DNA of 64,000 nt from Dehalococcoidia bacterium (GTDB lineage: Bacteria > Chloroflexota > Dehalococcoidia > Bin125), in contig CAXXSR010000001.1 in assembly GCA_963662615.2 (NCBI GenBank), forward strand, positions 1,901,664-1,965,663, read 5' to 3'. Below are positions 17,446-25,729 of the stretch, one piece after another. The stretch's first letter is position 1; every line of letters begins with the position of its first letter. A model generated the notes under the pieces. It did not search any database. It was not told where the DNA came from and saw only the letters and a list, made by a program, of their open reading frames with translations. Both the position numbers and the translations under genes were made by a program.

Positions 17446-19002
17446 TCAGAGCCCGAGCAGCTGAGGCTCCGCTAACGCACGCACTGTGTACACGAGCCCG
17501 ATAGTGATCAGAACGAGCGCGCCGCCGAGCGGAAGAATCCGCAGCAGCCGTCCGTCGAGGCTCACCGTCAAGAAAGGCAGCCAGGCCGTCGCGGGGGAGA
17601 TCCACGTTCCCCGTGCGGAGCCGAGCCAGTCCAGGAGCCGACGGACGTAGACGACTATCAGCGCCATGAACGTGAGAACGGCGGCGAGGCCGATGCTAAA
17701 GGCCAGGATCAGGAGCAGTCCTAGGCCAATGCGGTTGAGCGAGATGGCAGCCACGAGCACCACCAATGTGGAAGGGCTGGGAACCATCCCGTCAATCAGA
17801 CCGATGGCGAACAGGCTCTTGCGGGAGGGGACCGTTACAGCGGCCGTGGTCGTTGAGCCGGGGACGTGTCGGTGGGCATGGTGGTGCGGGTGCAGATGAC
17901 GGAGTCGATGGTCCAGCAAGCCGGCGAGGCCCTGGAATCCGCCCACCCGCGCGAGGAAGAGTCGGATGCCCACGGCAACCACCAACAATCCCGCAACGAG
18001 GGTGAGCCACGGATAGAGGTGTTCCGGCAGGATGTAGCGTGAGCCAAAGAGGACAACCAAGCCGATCACGAAGACGCCAACGGTGTGGCTCACCGCGACC
18101 ACGAAGCCCAGCAACATTGCGTGCCGGACCGATCCACCGGCGCCCACGAAATAGGCGGCAACGAACACCTTGCCGTGACCGGGCTCCAGGGCGTGCAGAG
18201 CGTCGAAGCCCAGCGCGACGAAGAACGAGATCAGGATCACGGCCAGACTGACGTTTTCGACGTTGACGAGGGACGCAAATGCGTTGCCGGGCCGTGGCGG
18301 GGCCACGTCCAGCGCGGCGACTTGGGCTGGTTCCAGCGGTGGAGCGCTCACGCCGGCGCCGGGAGCAAAGTCGACAGTGACCGCACGTACGTTCAGCGGG
18401 CTCGTCAGCAGATCGTCGGGGTAGGTCCGGAGTTCATTCGTCAGGTCGGCCGCGGGCGCAGTGGAGCTGATTAGCGTGACACCTTCCGCGGGACGAACCA
18501 CGATCTCGCGCCAGCCTAGGCGATCGCCGAAATTGTCATCGCGGTATTCCAGGGAGAGCCGCTCAGCGACCGCCGGCGCTTCAAAGGTAAGGACGAGCCT
18601 GAGAGTCTTGAGCCCGGCCTGGCCGCTAGGAAAGCTGAGTTCGTGGGAGAGGAGAGCGAGCGGAAGGGACGACCCCTCTGCGACAAGATGGAGCCCGCCC
18701 CTGAGCTCGACCGCCTTGGCCGAGAGGTAGGCGCGCCGCTCGGCGTCGCTCACGCGGCCGTCGGCGTTCGTGTCGATGGCGTCCATCTCTTGGAACGTGG
18801 GGATCTCCGCCATGTCGACGATGTAGCGGACACGGATCACATCGGCATAGAGGTCGAGACGGCTGTAACTGTTGATGGTGAAGTTGCCCAAGGGATGCGC
18901 CGCCGCGCGGGCCGGCTGGATGAGCGAGAGGACGAAGAAGGCGACGAGCCCCAGCAGCGCCGCCGCGCCCACGAGCCTCCAGGGCCAAGTTCCGCTTCGC
19001 AT
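17446..19002 (-). CDS. NicO/RcnA-family (Ni/Co-type) permease with large N-terminal extracytoplasmic domain
   Basis: It has a signal/TM segment, then a ~250-aa domain (AAHPLGNFTINSY, DTNADGRVSDAE). The permease part carries DALHALEPGHGK and the His-rich loop HRLRHLHPHHHAHRH. Confidence 0.8.
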   Translation of the reverse strand: MRSGTWPWRLVGAAALLGLVAFFVLSLIQPARAAAHPLGNFTINSYSRLDLYADVIRVRYIVDMAEIPTFQEMDAIDTNADGRVSDAERRAYLSAKAVELRGGLHLVAEGSSLPLALLSHELSFPSGQAGLKTLRLVLTFEAPAVAERLSLEYRDDNFGDRLGWREIVVRPAEGVTLISSTAPAADLTNELRTYPDDLLTSPLNVRAVTVDFAPGAGVSAPPLEPAQVAALDVAPPRPGNAFASLVNVENVSLAVILISFFVALGFDALHALEPGHGKVFVAAYFVGAGGSVRHAMLLGFVVAVSHTVGVFVIGLVVLFGSRYILPEHLYPWLTLVAGLLVVAVGIRLFLARVGGFQGLAGLLDHRLRHLHPHHHAHRHVPGSTTTAAVTVPSRKSLFAIGLIDGMVPSPSTLVVLVAAISLNRIGLGLLLILAFSIGLAAVLTFMALIVVYVRRLLDWLGSARGTWISPATAWLPFLTVSLDGRLLRILPLGGALVLITIGLVYTVRALAEPQLLGL

Positions 19003-19005
19003 GGC

Positions 19006-20331
19006 CTACTGCGCCCGTACCGACGACTGCAGCGTGCGGAGGAGGCGGTCCGCCTCATCCCGGTACAGCCAAGAGAAATGAGGGTTGAGTTCCGTCGTCC
19101 GCTCCAAGTAGCCGCGGGCCTCGTCGTCGTCTCCAAGCGCGTAGTGGATCATCCCGGCGTGGAAGAGCATGCGGGCGTCCTTGGTGCCCAGCCGTAGCGC
19201 CTCCCGGGCGTAGTCCAGCGCCTCCGCGTGCCGGCCTCTCTTGTAGAGAGCCCAGGCGAGCGCGTCGGCGGCCTGAATGCTGGGACGGTCTTCGTAGACC
19301 GCGCGGGCTTGCAGCAGCGCCTCGTCCAGGCGCACGTCATGGTCGGCGAAGAAGAGGGCCATCTGCAGATCCGTGTTGATGCCGTTGGCCTTGTAAAGCT
19401 GGTCGATGGCGTCAACCAGCGCGTATTGCCTGGCAGCCTCTTCCACGCGCCCGGCGACCTGCAAGATGTCCCCGAACGCGATGACGTACTCAGGCGTCGG
19501 ATAACGGGCGACGACGTCGCCGTAGAGTGCGACGGCCTCGTCGTATTCGGAGCGCGCGGCGCGGACGTTGGCCAGGCCGGCGAGCGCATGGACGTAAGTC
19601 GGAACCGCCTCCAAGGCGTGGTTGTACGCCGTCTCGGCTGCACGCAAGTCACCGGTCTTGAAGTAGAAATGCCCGAGCTGCACGCGGGCCCAAGCCGAGT
19701 TCTCGGGGAGACGGCCGCCGTCGATCCGCACCGCGTTCCGCCACATCAGCTCGGCCCCCTCAAGGTCGCCGCGCAACTCAAGGAGATAGGCGAAGCGGCT
19801 GAACGACGCGAGGCCCGGCGCCATGCCCGTCATCGTGTTGTAGGACTCTGCCCCCTCTTCGTATTTGCCCAAGGCGAGTTGGGCGTCGCCCAGAACCGCA
19901 TATCCAAACGGCTTGCAGGGGCGAAGGGCGACGGCTCTTTCGGCGAGCGTCAACGCGTCGGCAAATTCATGCTGGGCGCCGTAGACCAGCGAGAGCTGCA
20001 CCAGCGCCTCATAGTTCTCGGTGGGCAATGATTCGAGCGAGGCCGTGAGCGCCGCTTCGGCTCGATCGTAGTCGCCAACGTCGCCGGTCTGGCGCGCTCG
20101 CCGGATATACGCGTCCGCCAGCTTGTTGTAGCTAATGAAGTCGCGCGGGTCGCGCTGGGCCCGCTGGCGCCAGAAACGGATCGTGGCATCGATCGTCGCG
20201 GTGGAGTCGACCGAAACGTCGGCGGAGGTCGGCTTCGGATCCGAACCTCCGCAGCTCGCCAGGAGAAGCGCGAGGGCGAGAGCCGCCAGCACACCTCCGA
20301 GGATCGACCCACGCTTCGCCAACGCGTCCAC
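19006..20331 (-). CDS. TPR-repeat lipoprotein
   Basis: The lipobox is LLLASCGG, followed by multiple TPR units. The upstream part of ORF 19006-20592 overlaps the DUF4331 gene, so a GTG at 20331 or TTG at 20322 start is preferred. Confidence 0.8.
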   Translation of the reverse strand: MDALAKRGSILGGVLAALALALLLASCGGSDPKPTSADVSVDSTATIDATIRFWRQRAQRDPRDFISYNKLADAYIRRARQTGDVGDYDRAEAALTASLESLPTENYEALVQLSLVYGAQHEFADALTLAERAVALRPCKPFGYAVLGDAQLALGKYEEGAESYNTMTGMAPGLASFSRFAYLLELRGDLEGAELMWRNAVRIDGGRLPENSAWARVQLGHFYFKTGDLRAAETAYNHALEAVPTYVHALAGLANVRAARSEYDEAVALYGDVVARYPTPEYVIAFGDILQVAGRVEEAARQYALVDAIDQLYKANGINTDLQMALFFADHDVRLDEALLQARAVYEDRPSIQAADALAWALYKRGRHAEALDYAREALRLGTKDARMLFHAGMIHYALGDDDEARGYLERTTELNPHFSWLYRDEADRLLRTLQSSVRAQ

Positions 20332-20392
20332 CCTCCGGCTCACAGGCTCTCGCCCCACGCTTCGACGTTCGTACGTCGCCCGATTCACCTCC

Positions 20393-21779
20393 CTAGGGCA
20401 GCTCAACCTGGATCGTCGTCGCTCGGGAGGTGAGGACGAAGAACCCCATGCCTCGCGTGATCTCGATGGTGGGTCGGATCCCGGACGGCAGCTCTTCCGT
20501 GTCCAGGATGTACTGTCCCGTGCTCGAATCGAACGTCCAGATCCGCAGGATTGCGGGGTTGGCAGCCAGCAGCTCCGCCGACGTCGTGTCACGCCCGAAC
20601 CAGCCCACCAAGCTCAAGCCGCTGGGGAGCGACATACTAACGACGACCGCCGGCTGGTGGGGTGGCGCCAGGTACGGGAACGAGTCGAGGAAGGGCACGT
20701 CGTTGGCGTCAATGGCGTCGCCGACCGTGCGATCGAGCACCAGCGCCAGGGCGATATCGATGACGTCGTCGGTGAGCGTCCGGCCGTTGAGGTTGGGGAA
20801 GTCGACCGGCTTGGAGAAGTCGATCGTCACGACATCAGGCAGAACAGCCGCCGCAACACCCCCGGCAGACACGTCTCCGAGCGGTCCCCCATCTGGGGCC
20901 GGCAGCACCGCATCGACGGCGTCACGGAGCCGCTGGATCTCGTCGGTCGCCGCGGCGAGGAAGGCCTCGACGTCGTTGACCGGGTCGCCTTGATTGTACG
21001 TGTCCTTGCTGCCACTGGGCACGGCGGCGGTATTGATGGCGGGGATCGCCATCCGATCGATCCGCACGCCGCCACGTGAAGTGGTCGCCCAGGCCCGGAT
21101 CACGCCGGTGTCGGAGGTGGCTTCGCCGGTGAGCGCCGTAATCGGCAACTCGACCACGATCGCGGAGACGTTGAGGCCCGCGAGGGTGTCCGATGGCGTC
21201 TCGCCCGCCGGCCGCAGGCCCGCGGCGGGAACGAACGGCGCCGCGACGAAGTTGTTGAACCCGACGAGGTCGAAGAAGAAGGGGTCATCGCGCTGGCCGG
21301 CGAACACCTTGACCCCGCCGGCCTCGGTGATGATGGGGGCCGGTGCAGTCGGGTCCGTAGAAGGCGGCGTCACCGGGCCGCTCATCTCGAGCCCGAGGGC
21401 GGCAACGGTCAGGGTGAACTCCAGGGGGTCGCCGCCGAAGGTGACGGTGACCGTGGCATCCGCGACGAAGTCTGCCGTGTTGTCCACGTGGATCTCGTAG
21501 GCCACGTCGGTGGCGAAGTTCCTGGTGTCGTTCTCTGGCGGCGCGGTCAGTGGGTTGACCGTGAGAGCGACCACCAGATTGTCGGGGTTCTCGGGACTGC
21601 GGAAGGCGTAGATGTCGTTTATGTCCGCCTGGGGGTCAGCGAGAACACCTGGCGCCTCGGCGTGATCGGCCCCTTCCAACAGACCCGTCAACCAGATGGT
21701 GATGACGGTGGCAGCGATCCCCAGCCCAACGAGCAGGATTCAGCGGGGTCCGGGGCGTGACTCGACTCAGGACTCGCAT
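20393..21779 (-). CDS. DUF4331-family secreted protein (probable 1-nt frameshift near 21737 as sequenced)
   Basis: DINDIYAFRSPENPDNLVVALTVNPL and DPFFFDL are typical of DUF4331. ATG 21779 has a GGAGG 6 nt upstream and encodes MRVLSRVTPRTP. The hydrophobic signal ILLVGLGIAATVITIWL is in the +1 frame. Confidence 0.8.
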
Positions 21780-21885
21780 CGGTTTCCTCCGTCTCATGGT
21801 GGGACGCGAGCGCGTCGTGCGGCGCGGTCCCGCCGGTAGTTCGGTTGAGACGACCGGCCGGATCACAAGGCTCAAGGGAGTGACG

Positions 21886-22602
21886 TCAGAACTCTTCCAG
21901 CGGGGCCACGATCAAGGGATCGCTCGTGGGCTGCTCGCTCCCGCCCGAGGGCTCCTCGCTAAGCGCTATCGCCGTCGTCAGATCGCGCTCAAGCGAGACA
22001 ACGATGCGCGCCACACCGTCCGCGCTGGCATTGAAGATGCCGGCGGACGCCGCCCCTTCAGGCCCAATCGTCCAAACCTGATAGACGCGATCGGCCGGAA
22101 GTGGCGACAGTCCCCGAAATTGGAGTACGGCAAGGGCTTCGCTTTCAAGGAAGAGGACGCGCCCGCTTGCTCCGGAGGCGCCTTCGAATTCGTAAACCAC
22201 AGGAACGGCGGCGGCGCCGTCGTCCGACACCTGCAAGACGACGTTCCAGCTCAGCAGCCCGATTGCGAGCAGGGCCAGGGCAGCGGCCACGGCGACCGCA
22301 TTGAGGCGGATGCGTCCCAAGGAGGGTCGACGCCCGGTGGCGATCGTTGTCGGCTGATGGCTGATCCCAGGGGCCGGGCCCGCCTCTCCCGAGACGGCGT
22401 CCAGCAGTCGGTCCCGCAGCGCCGGTGGCGGCGTGCGCTCCGGCGTCGAGGCGGCGAGGCTGAGCGCGGCCGCCCGCAGCGCCACGACGTCCTCGTGAGC
22501 GTCGCAGCTTGAGAGGTGCCTGAGCAGCTCGTGGTGGGCGTCAGGGGGTAGCGCGCCGAGCGCGAATGCGCCCAGGAGATCCTCTACCTCAGCGCACGTC
22601 AC
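21886..22602 (-). CDS. Anti-sigma factor (zf-HC2 N-terminus, RskA-type extracytoplasmic domain)
   Basis: The N-terminus is MTCAEVEDLLGAFALGALPPD...HLSSCDAH. A TM segment follows, and C-terminal VYQVWTIGPEGAASAGIF is typical of anti-sigma-K RskA. It overlaps the sigma gene by 14 nt. Confidence 0.8.
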   Translation of the reverse strand: MTCAEVEDLLGAFALGALPPDAHHELLRHLSSCDAHEDVVALRAAALSLAASTPERTPPPALRDRLLDAVSGEAGPAPGISHQPTTIATGRRPSLGRIRLNAVAVAAALALLAIGLLSWNVVLQVSDDGAAAVPVVYEFEGASGASGRVLFLESEALAVLQFRGLSPLPADRVYQVWTIGPEGAASAGIFNASADGVARIVVSLERDLTTAIALSEEPSGGSEQPTSDPLIVAPLEEF

Positions 22603-23173
22603 TGCTTGTTCTCGCTTTCAGCGCTTCGCGCAACTTCTCAAGTCCCAGTCGCAGCCGGCTCTTGACTGTGCCCAATGGGAGTTCCAGCCGTTCCGCGATC
22701 TCCACGTGGGTGAAACCGTCGAAGTAGGCCAGTTCAATGACGCGGCGCTGGTCGTCGGGCAGCAGATCCATGCTGCGGTGCGCCGCGGCGCCGTCCAGCG
22801 TGGCGATGGCCGCGGCGGCGACGTCCACCTCGTCCAGCGCGTCGACTTCCGGCTGCAGCGACACCTCGTGCACTGCCCGCTTCCGGCGCGCCCGCGCAGA
22901 GTCGATAGCGCGCCGGTGGACGATGGTCAGGAGGAGTGCGGCGACGCTCCCGCGCTCCGAGTCGAGCCGGTCGCTCTGTCGCCAAACAGCGAGGAACGCA
23001 TCTTGGACCACGTCTTCCGCTTCCGGTCCGTCCCCAAGAATCCGGTAGGCGAGGCCGAAGGCCCGGCGACCCAGCGCCTCGAACAGGAGGGGCATCGCCT
23101 GGGGATCGCGGCGCCGGAGGAGCTCAATGAGCTTCTCGACGTCCTGATCGGTAGTTCCGCCAGCGCCGGGCAT
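22589..23173 (-). CDS. ECF-type RNA polymerase sigma factor
   Basis: Region 2 is AEDVVQDAFLAVW and region 4 is LPDDQRRVIELAYFDGFTHVEIAERLELPLGTVKSRL. ATG at 23173 is preferred over the 390-aa ORF-track start. Confidence 0.88.
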   Translation of the reverse strand: MPGAGGTTDQDVEKLIELLRRRDPQAMPLLFEALGRRAFGLAYRILGDGPEAEDVVQDAFLAVWRQSDRLDSERGSVAALLLTIVHRRAIDSARARRKRAVHEVSLQPEVDALDEVDVAAAAIATLDGAAAHRSMDLLPDDQRRVIELAYFDGFTHVEIAERLELPLGTVKSRLRLGLEKLREALKARTSSDVR

Positions 23174-24123
23174 CGGATCACTCGCCTTCGCGCGTATGGG
23201 CGGCAAGGTTATCGCCTGGAGCCTCTCCATTTCCAGGTGGCGCACCGAGGCTGAGCCGCGATCGGTAACGTCTGACCCGGCGCGCAGGTAGCGGGCGGTC
23301 CCCCTCCTTGAGGCGCCGCTGGCGTTGCATTTAGTGTCCGTGGCCCACCGGACTACCCCGTCGACGGTCCGCCTCGCCTGCGGAGGGTCGCGGGTTCGAC
23401 CGGCGGCCCTAGAGCGGTAGACACTTCGGCGGCGGCGGACAAGGCACGGCCGCGACGTACGGGCAAGCGCGCTCGAGAAACTTGCGGACGAGCAAGCGGA
23501 GCATGTGGGGTAGCAGCGCGCTAACCGGTGGGGGCGAAGGCCGCGGCGCTTGGCGGCTGCAACCACAACGTCGGCGCGTCTACGCGGACCCAATAAGCTC
23601 CCCCGTGGACGAGGGGCGCGAGGTCGTTCAGCGTTGCCGGGCGGCCTGGCGCAAAAGATGTGAAGGCCTGCGAGGCGGCGTCGAACGCGAACGTGACGGT
23701 GAGGGCGTCGCCCAGCAACGAGAACGCCTCGAGCGGATTCATCCTCGGGGGGCCGGTCCACGTCAGCAGATTGAAGCCTGACTCCAGCTGATGCGGGCCG
23801 GGCTCTCCGATCAGCGGCTGGTCCCAGACGATCGGTTCGGCGACGCGCAGCCAGAGTGCCGATCCTCGCGCGATGTGGTCGAGTGAATTGAGGAAGCTCG
23901 GAGCCGAGGCGTTCCAGATCCGGTAGGACTGACGAGTGGCATCGAAATTAGCTGCCGCTACCGTCTGATCCACGATCGAGGCGATGGCGTCATCGAACGG
24001 GGTCGCCAGCCCCGTCCAGCCGACAAGGTTCCATCCCTCCACCAACGAGACAGGTCGCTTCACACGCCGGGCAGAAGCAGGCGCGGCGGCGGCTGGAGCG
24101 ATCGGGACGGTTTCGTTGCTGTC

Positions 24124-24200
24124 GGCCGCGGGCGCCGTTGGCTCGGCCGCAGGCGCCGTTGGCTCGGCCGCAGGCGCTGTTGGCTCGGCCGCAGGCGCGG
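24124..24200. repeat. 21-bp tandem repeat x3.7 (encodes PAAEPTA linker)
   Basis: Units ggccgc(g/a)ggcgc(c/t)gttggctc occupy 24124-24144, 24145-24165 and 24166-24186, plus a partial unit. Confidence 0.9.
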
Positions 24201-24303
24201 CGGCGGCGGGGGTAGTCGGTGCCGTCGGGGCGGCGGCGGCCGGTGCAGTCGGGGCAGGTTCTTCGCTCTCGCCGCCGCAGGCAGCGAGGAGGAGGGCGAG
24301 GGC

Positions 24304-24362
24304 GGTGGCGAAGACGGTGGCGAAGCGGTGGCGAAGACGGTGGCGAAGACGGTGGCGAAGGC
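24304..24362. repeat. 12-bp tandem repeat x5 (encodes FATV units), one unit only 11 nt
   Basis: The units are ggtggcgaagac / ggtggcgaagc / ggtggcgaagac / ggtggcgaagac / ggtggcgaaggc. Confidence 0.9.
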
Positions 24363-24599
24363 GGGGGCCCGGGGACGTCTATGCAGGTGCTGCCGCCTGC
24401 GCGGTGTCAAAACCTCATCCGCTGTCAGGTCGCGGGGGACGGCGATGCGGCGCCAGATTGGAGGGTCCACGTTACTCGGTGTGACCTGGAGTTCACAGAC
24501 CTCCCGGCCGTACCTGGCGTCGTGGTTCGTCGTCACACCGTGCTCGCACCTCGCGGATGCCACCAGGAGAGCGTATCCCGTCCCCGCGGCTCCGACAGT

Positions 24600-24947
24600 T
24601 CAGGCAGGGGCCGATGGGGTTGTGAGACACCACAGCCCCCGCCGATGCTCCAGGTGGCCATCGACGTACGCCTGTCGGGGCCGCCGTCGCGGCGGGGCGC
24701 CAGCGGGCGATCCAGGTACCGTCGCGCTGATCCCGAAGACGCGGGCGGTCCATTGCACCGTGGCAGCAACTCCCTCATGCAGCCAGTCCTGGAGAGGGAA
24801 CAGCTCGCGCCCGGCAAGCGTGATCAGGATGGTGGCGCCGCCGGCCCCCAGGAGGTAGTACGGGAGCCATGCGCCCGCGCGCCAGAAGAAGAACGCTCCG
24901 CACACCCATGCCGCAGTCAAGACCCCGAGGATCATGATCTCCGTCAT
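24600..24947 (-). CDS. Small hypothetical membrane protein (2 predicted TM helices)
   Basis: MTEIMILGVLTAAWVCGAFFFW and WLPYYLLGAGGATILITLAG are hydrophobic helices. It is tightly linked to the upstream PTPS-like gene. No family was recognised. Confidence 0.4.
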   Translation of the reverse strand: MTEIMILGVLTAAWVCGAFFFWRAGAWLPYYLLGAGGATILITLAGRELFPLQDWLHEGVAATVQWTARVFGISATVPGSPAGAPPRRRPRQAYVDGHLEHRRGLWCLTTPSAPA

Positions 24948-25267
24948 GGGGGTGAGACCCGGATGGAGCTGGACGGGTTTTCCCACAGGGTCACCGCGGT
25001 CAGCTCGGGGCCGCGAGGGAAGCGCTGCGCTACGGCGACGCTGAGGTCACGGAATATCACCGCGGCGATGTTCTCGCCGGTAGGTCGGATCACGGTGAAC
25101 GGCTCGACCTCATTGATGAACCGTTTCGCATAGCGCCGCGCTTGCAGCTCGAGCAGATCTGAGACTTCCCGGTACCCGATGATCATGCCGCTGTCGTCCA
25201 CGGCGCTGGCAACGAAGGTCGCCTGAATCCGAAACGAGTGCACATGCTGATCACCGTCCGGGCGCAT
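24944..25267 (-). CDS. 6-pyruvoyl-tetrahydropterin synthase / QueD-family protein (N-terminus extends upstream of first canonical start)
   Basis: HVHSFRIQATF, GMIIGYREV and RPTGENIAAVIF match the PTPS fold. The first conserved His (FFGASHA) is encoded upstream of ATG 25267, where no ATG/GTG/TTG exists; ATT at 25327 is possible. Confidence 0.7.
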   Translation of the reverse strand: MRPDGDQHVHSFRIQATFVASAVDDSGMIIGYREVSDLLELQARRYAKRFINEVEPFTVIRPTGENIAAVIFRDLSVAVAQRFPRGPELTAVTLWENPSSSIRVSPP

Positions 25268-25729
25268 GGCGTGGGACGCGCCAAAGAATGAGTCAATTGC
25301 GACCTCAAAGGAGAGGCCCGCAGTAATGGCACTCTGATCGCGTCCGCGATCGACGCGGACTTCGCGCGGCCGCCCGAGCCCGAGCCGACCCTCTCAGGCG
25401 CGACCGCGTGCGGCTGAGGCGCGCTGCTTCCGTTGTTGAAGGGCTGATCCGGGGCTCCCGGCACCATGAGCAGCGACACCACGCCACGGCCGAACTCCGC
25501 GACCATGCGGCGTCTCCCGCTGCATCACAGCCCGTGAGTCAGAGGACGTTGGCAAACCGGTTGCTACGGTTCGCAGCCAGGCCGAGGGCTCTACTGTTGG
25601 GGATCTACTTAGGCTCGGCACGGCAACAACGGGGATATCCCTGGAGCAATTCACTATTCCGCCTGGGATAGTTGTATTTCAAGGGCCAGAGGAGGCGCCC
25701 GGCAAGCCGAAGGGCTAGGCCAGACGGTC

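Larger units (their letters stand above)
23521..24410 (-). pseudogene. Repeat-rich lipoprotein, frameshifted inside its signal-peptide coding repeats (as sequenced)
   Basis: TTG 24410 encodes MTPRRRQHLHRRPRAPAFATVFATVFAT. After an 11-nt unit (24316-24326) the -1 frame continues FATVFATALALLLAACGGESEEP, then (PAAEPTA)x3. The remainder is two paralogous ~80-aa domains (GWNLVGWTG... / GFNLLTWTG...). Confidence 0.6.

Noticed and set aside
23380-23402. A tRNA/tmRNA-like T-arm (gggtcgcgggttcgaccggcgg) in the leader of the ECF sigma gene.
   Set aside because: The hairpin ggtcg/cgacc has a 6-nt loop rather than the 7-nt TPsiC loop. No acceptor stem, anticodon arm or CCA context can be drawn on either strand.
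23521-23538. The C-terminal ...AAAFAPTG of the lipoprotein as a sortase sorting signal for the nearby HTH-sortase.
   Set aside because: The motif sits at the very C-terminus, with no following hydrophobic helix or charged tail, and the gene is 17 kb from the sortase. It is probably coincidental.
24304-24362. The 12-bp repeat as a slipped-strand phase-variation switch.
   Set aside because: The unit length is a multiple of three, so copy-number changes would not alter the frame. The actual lesion is a single-base loss in one unit.
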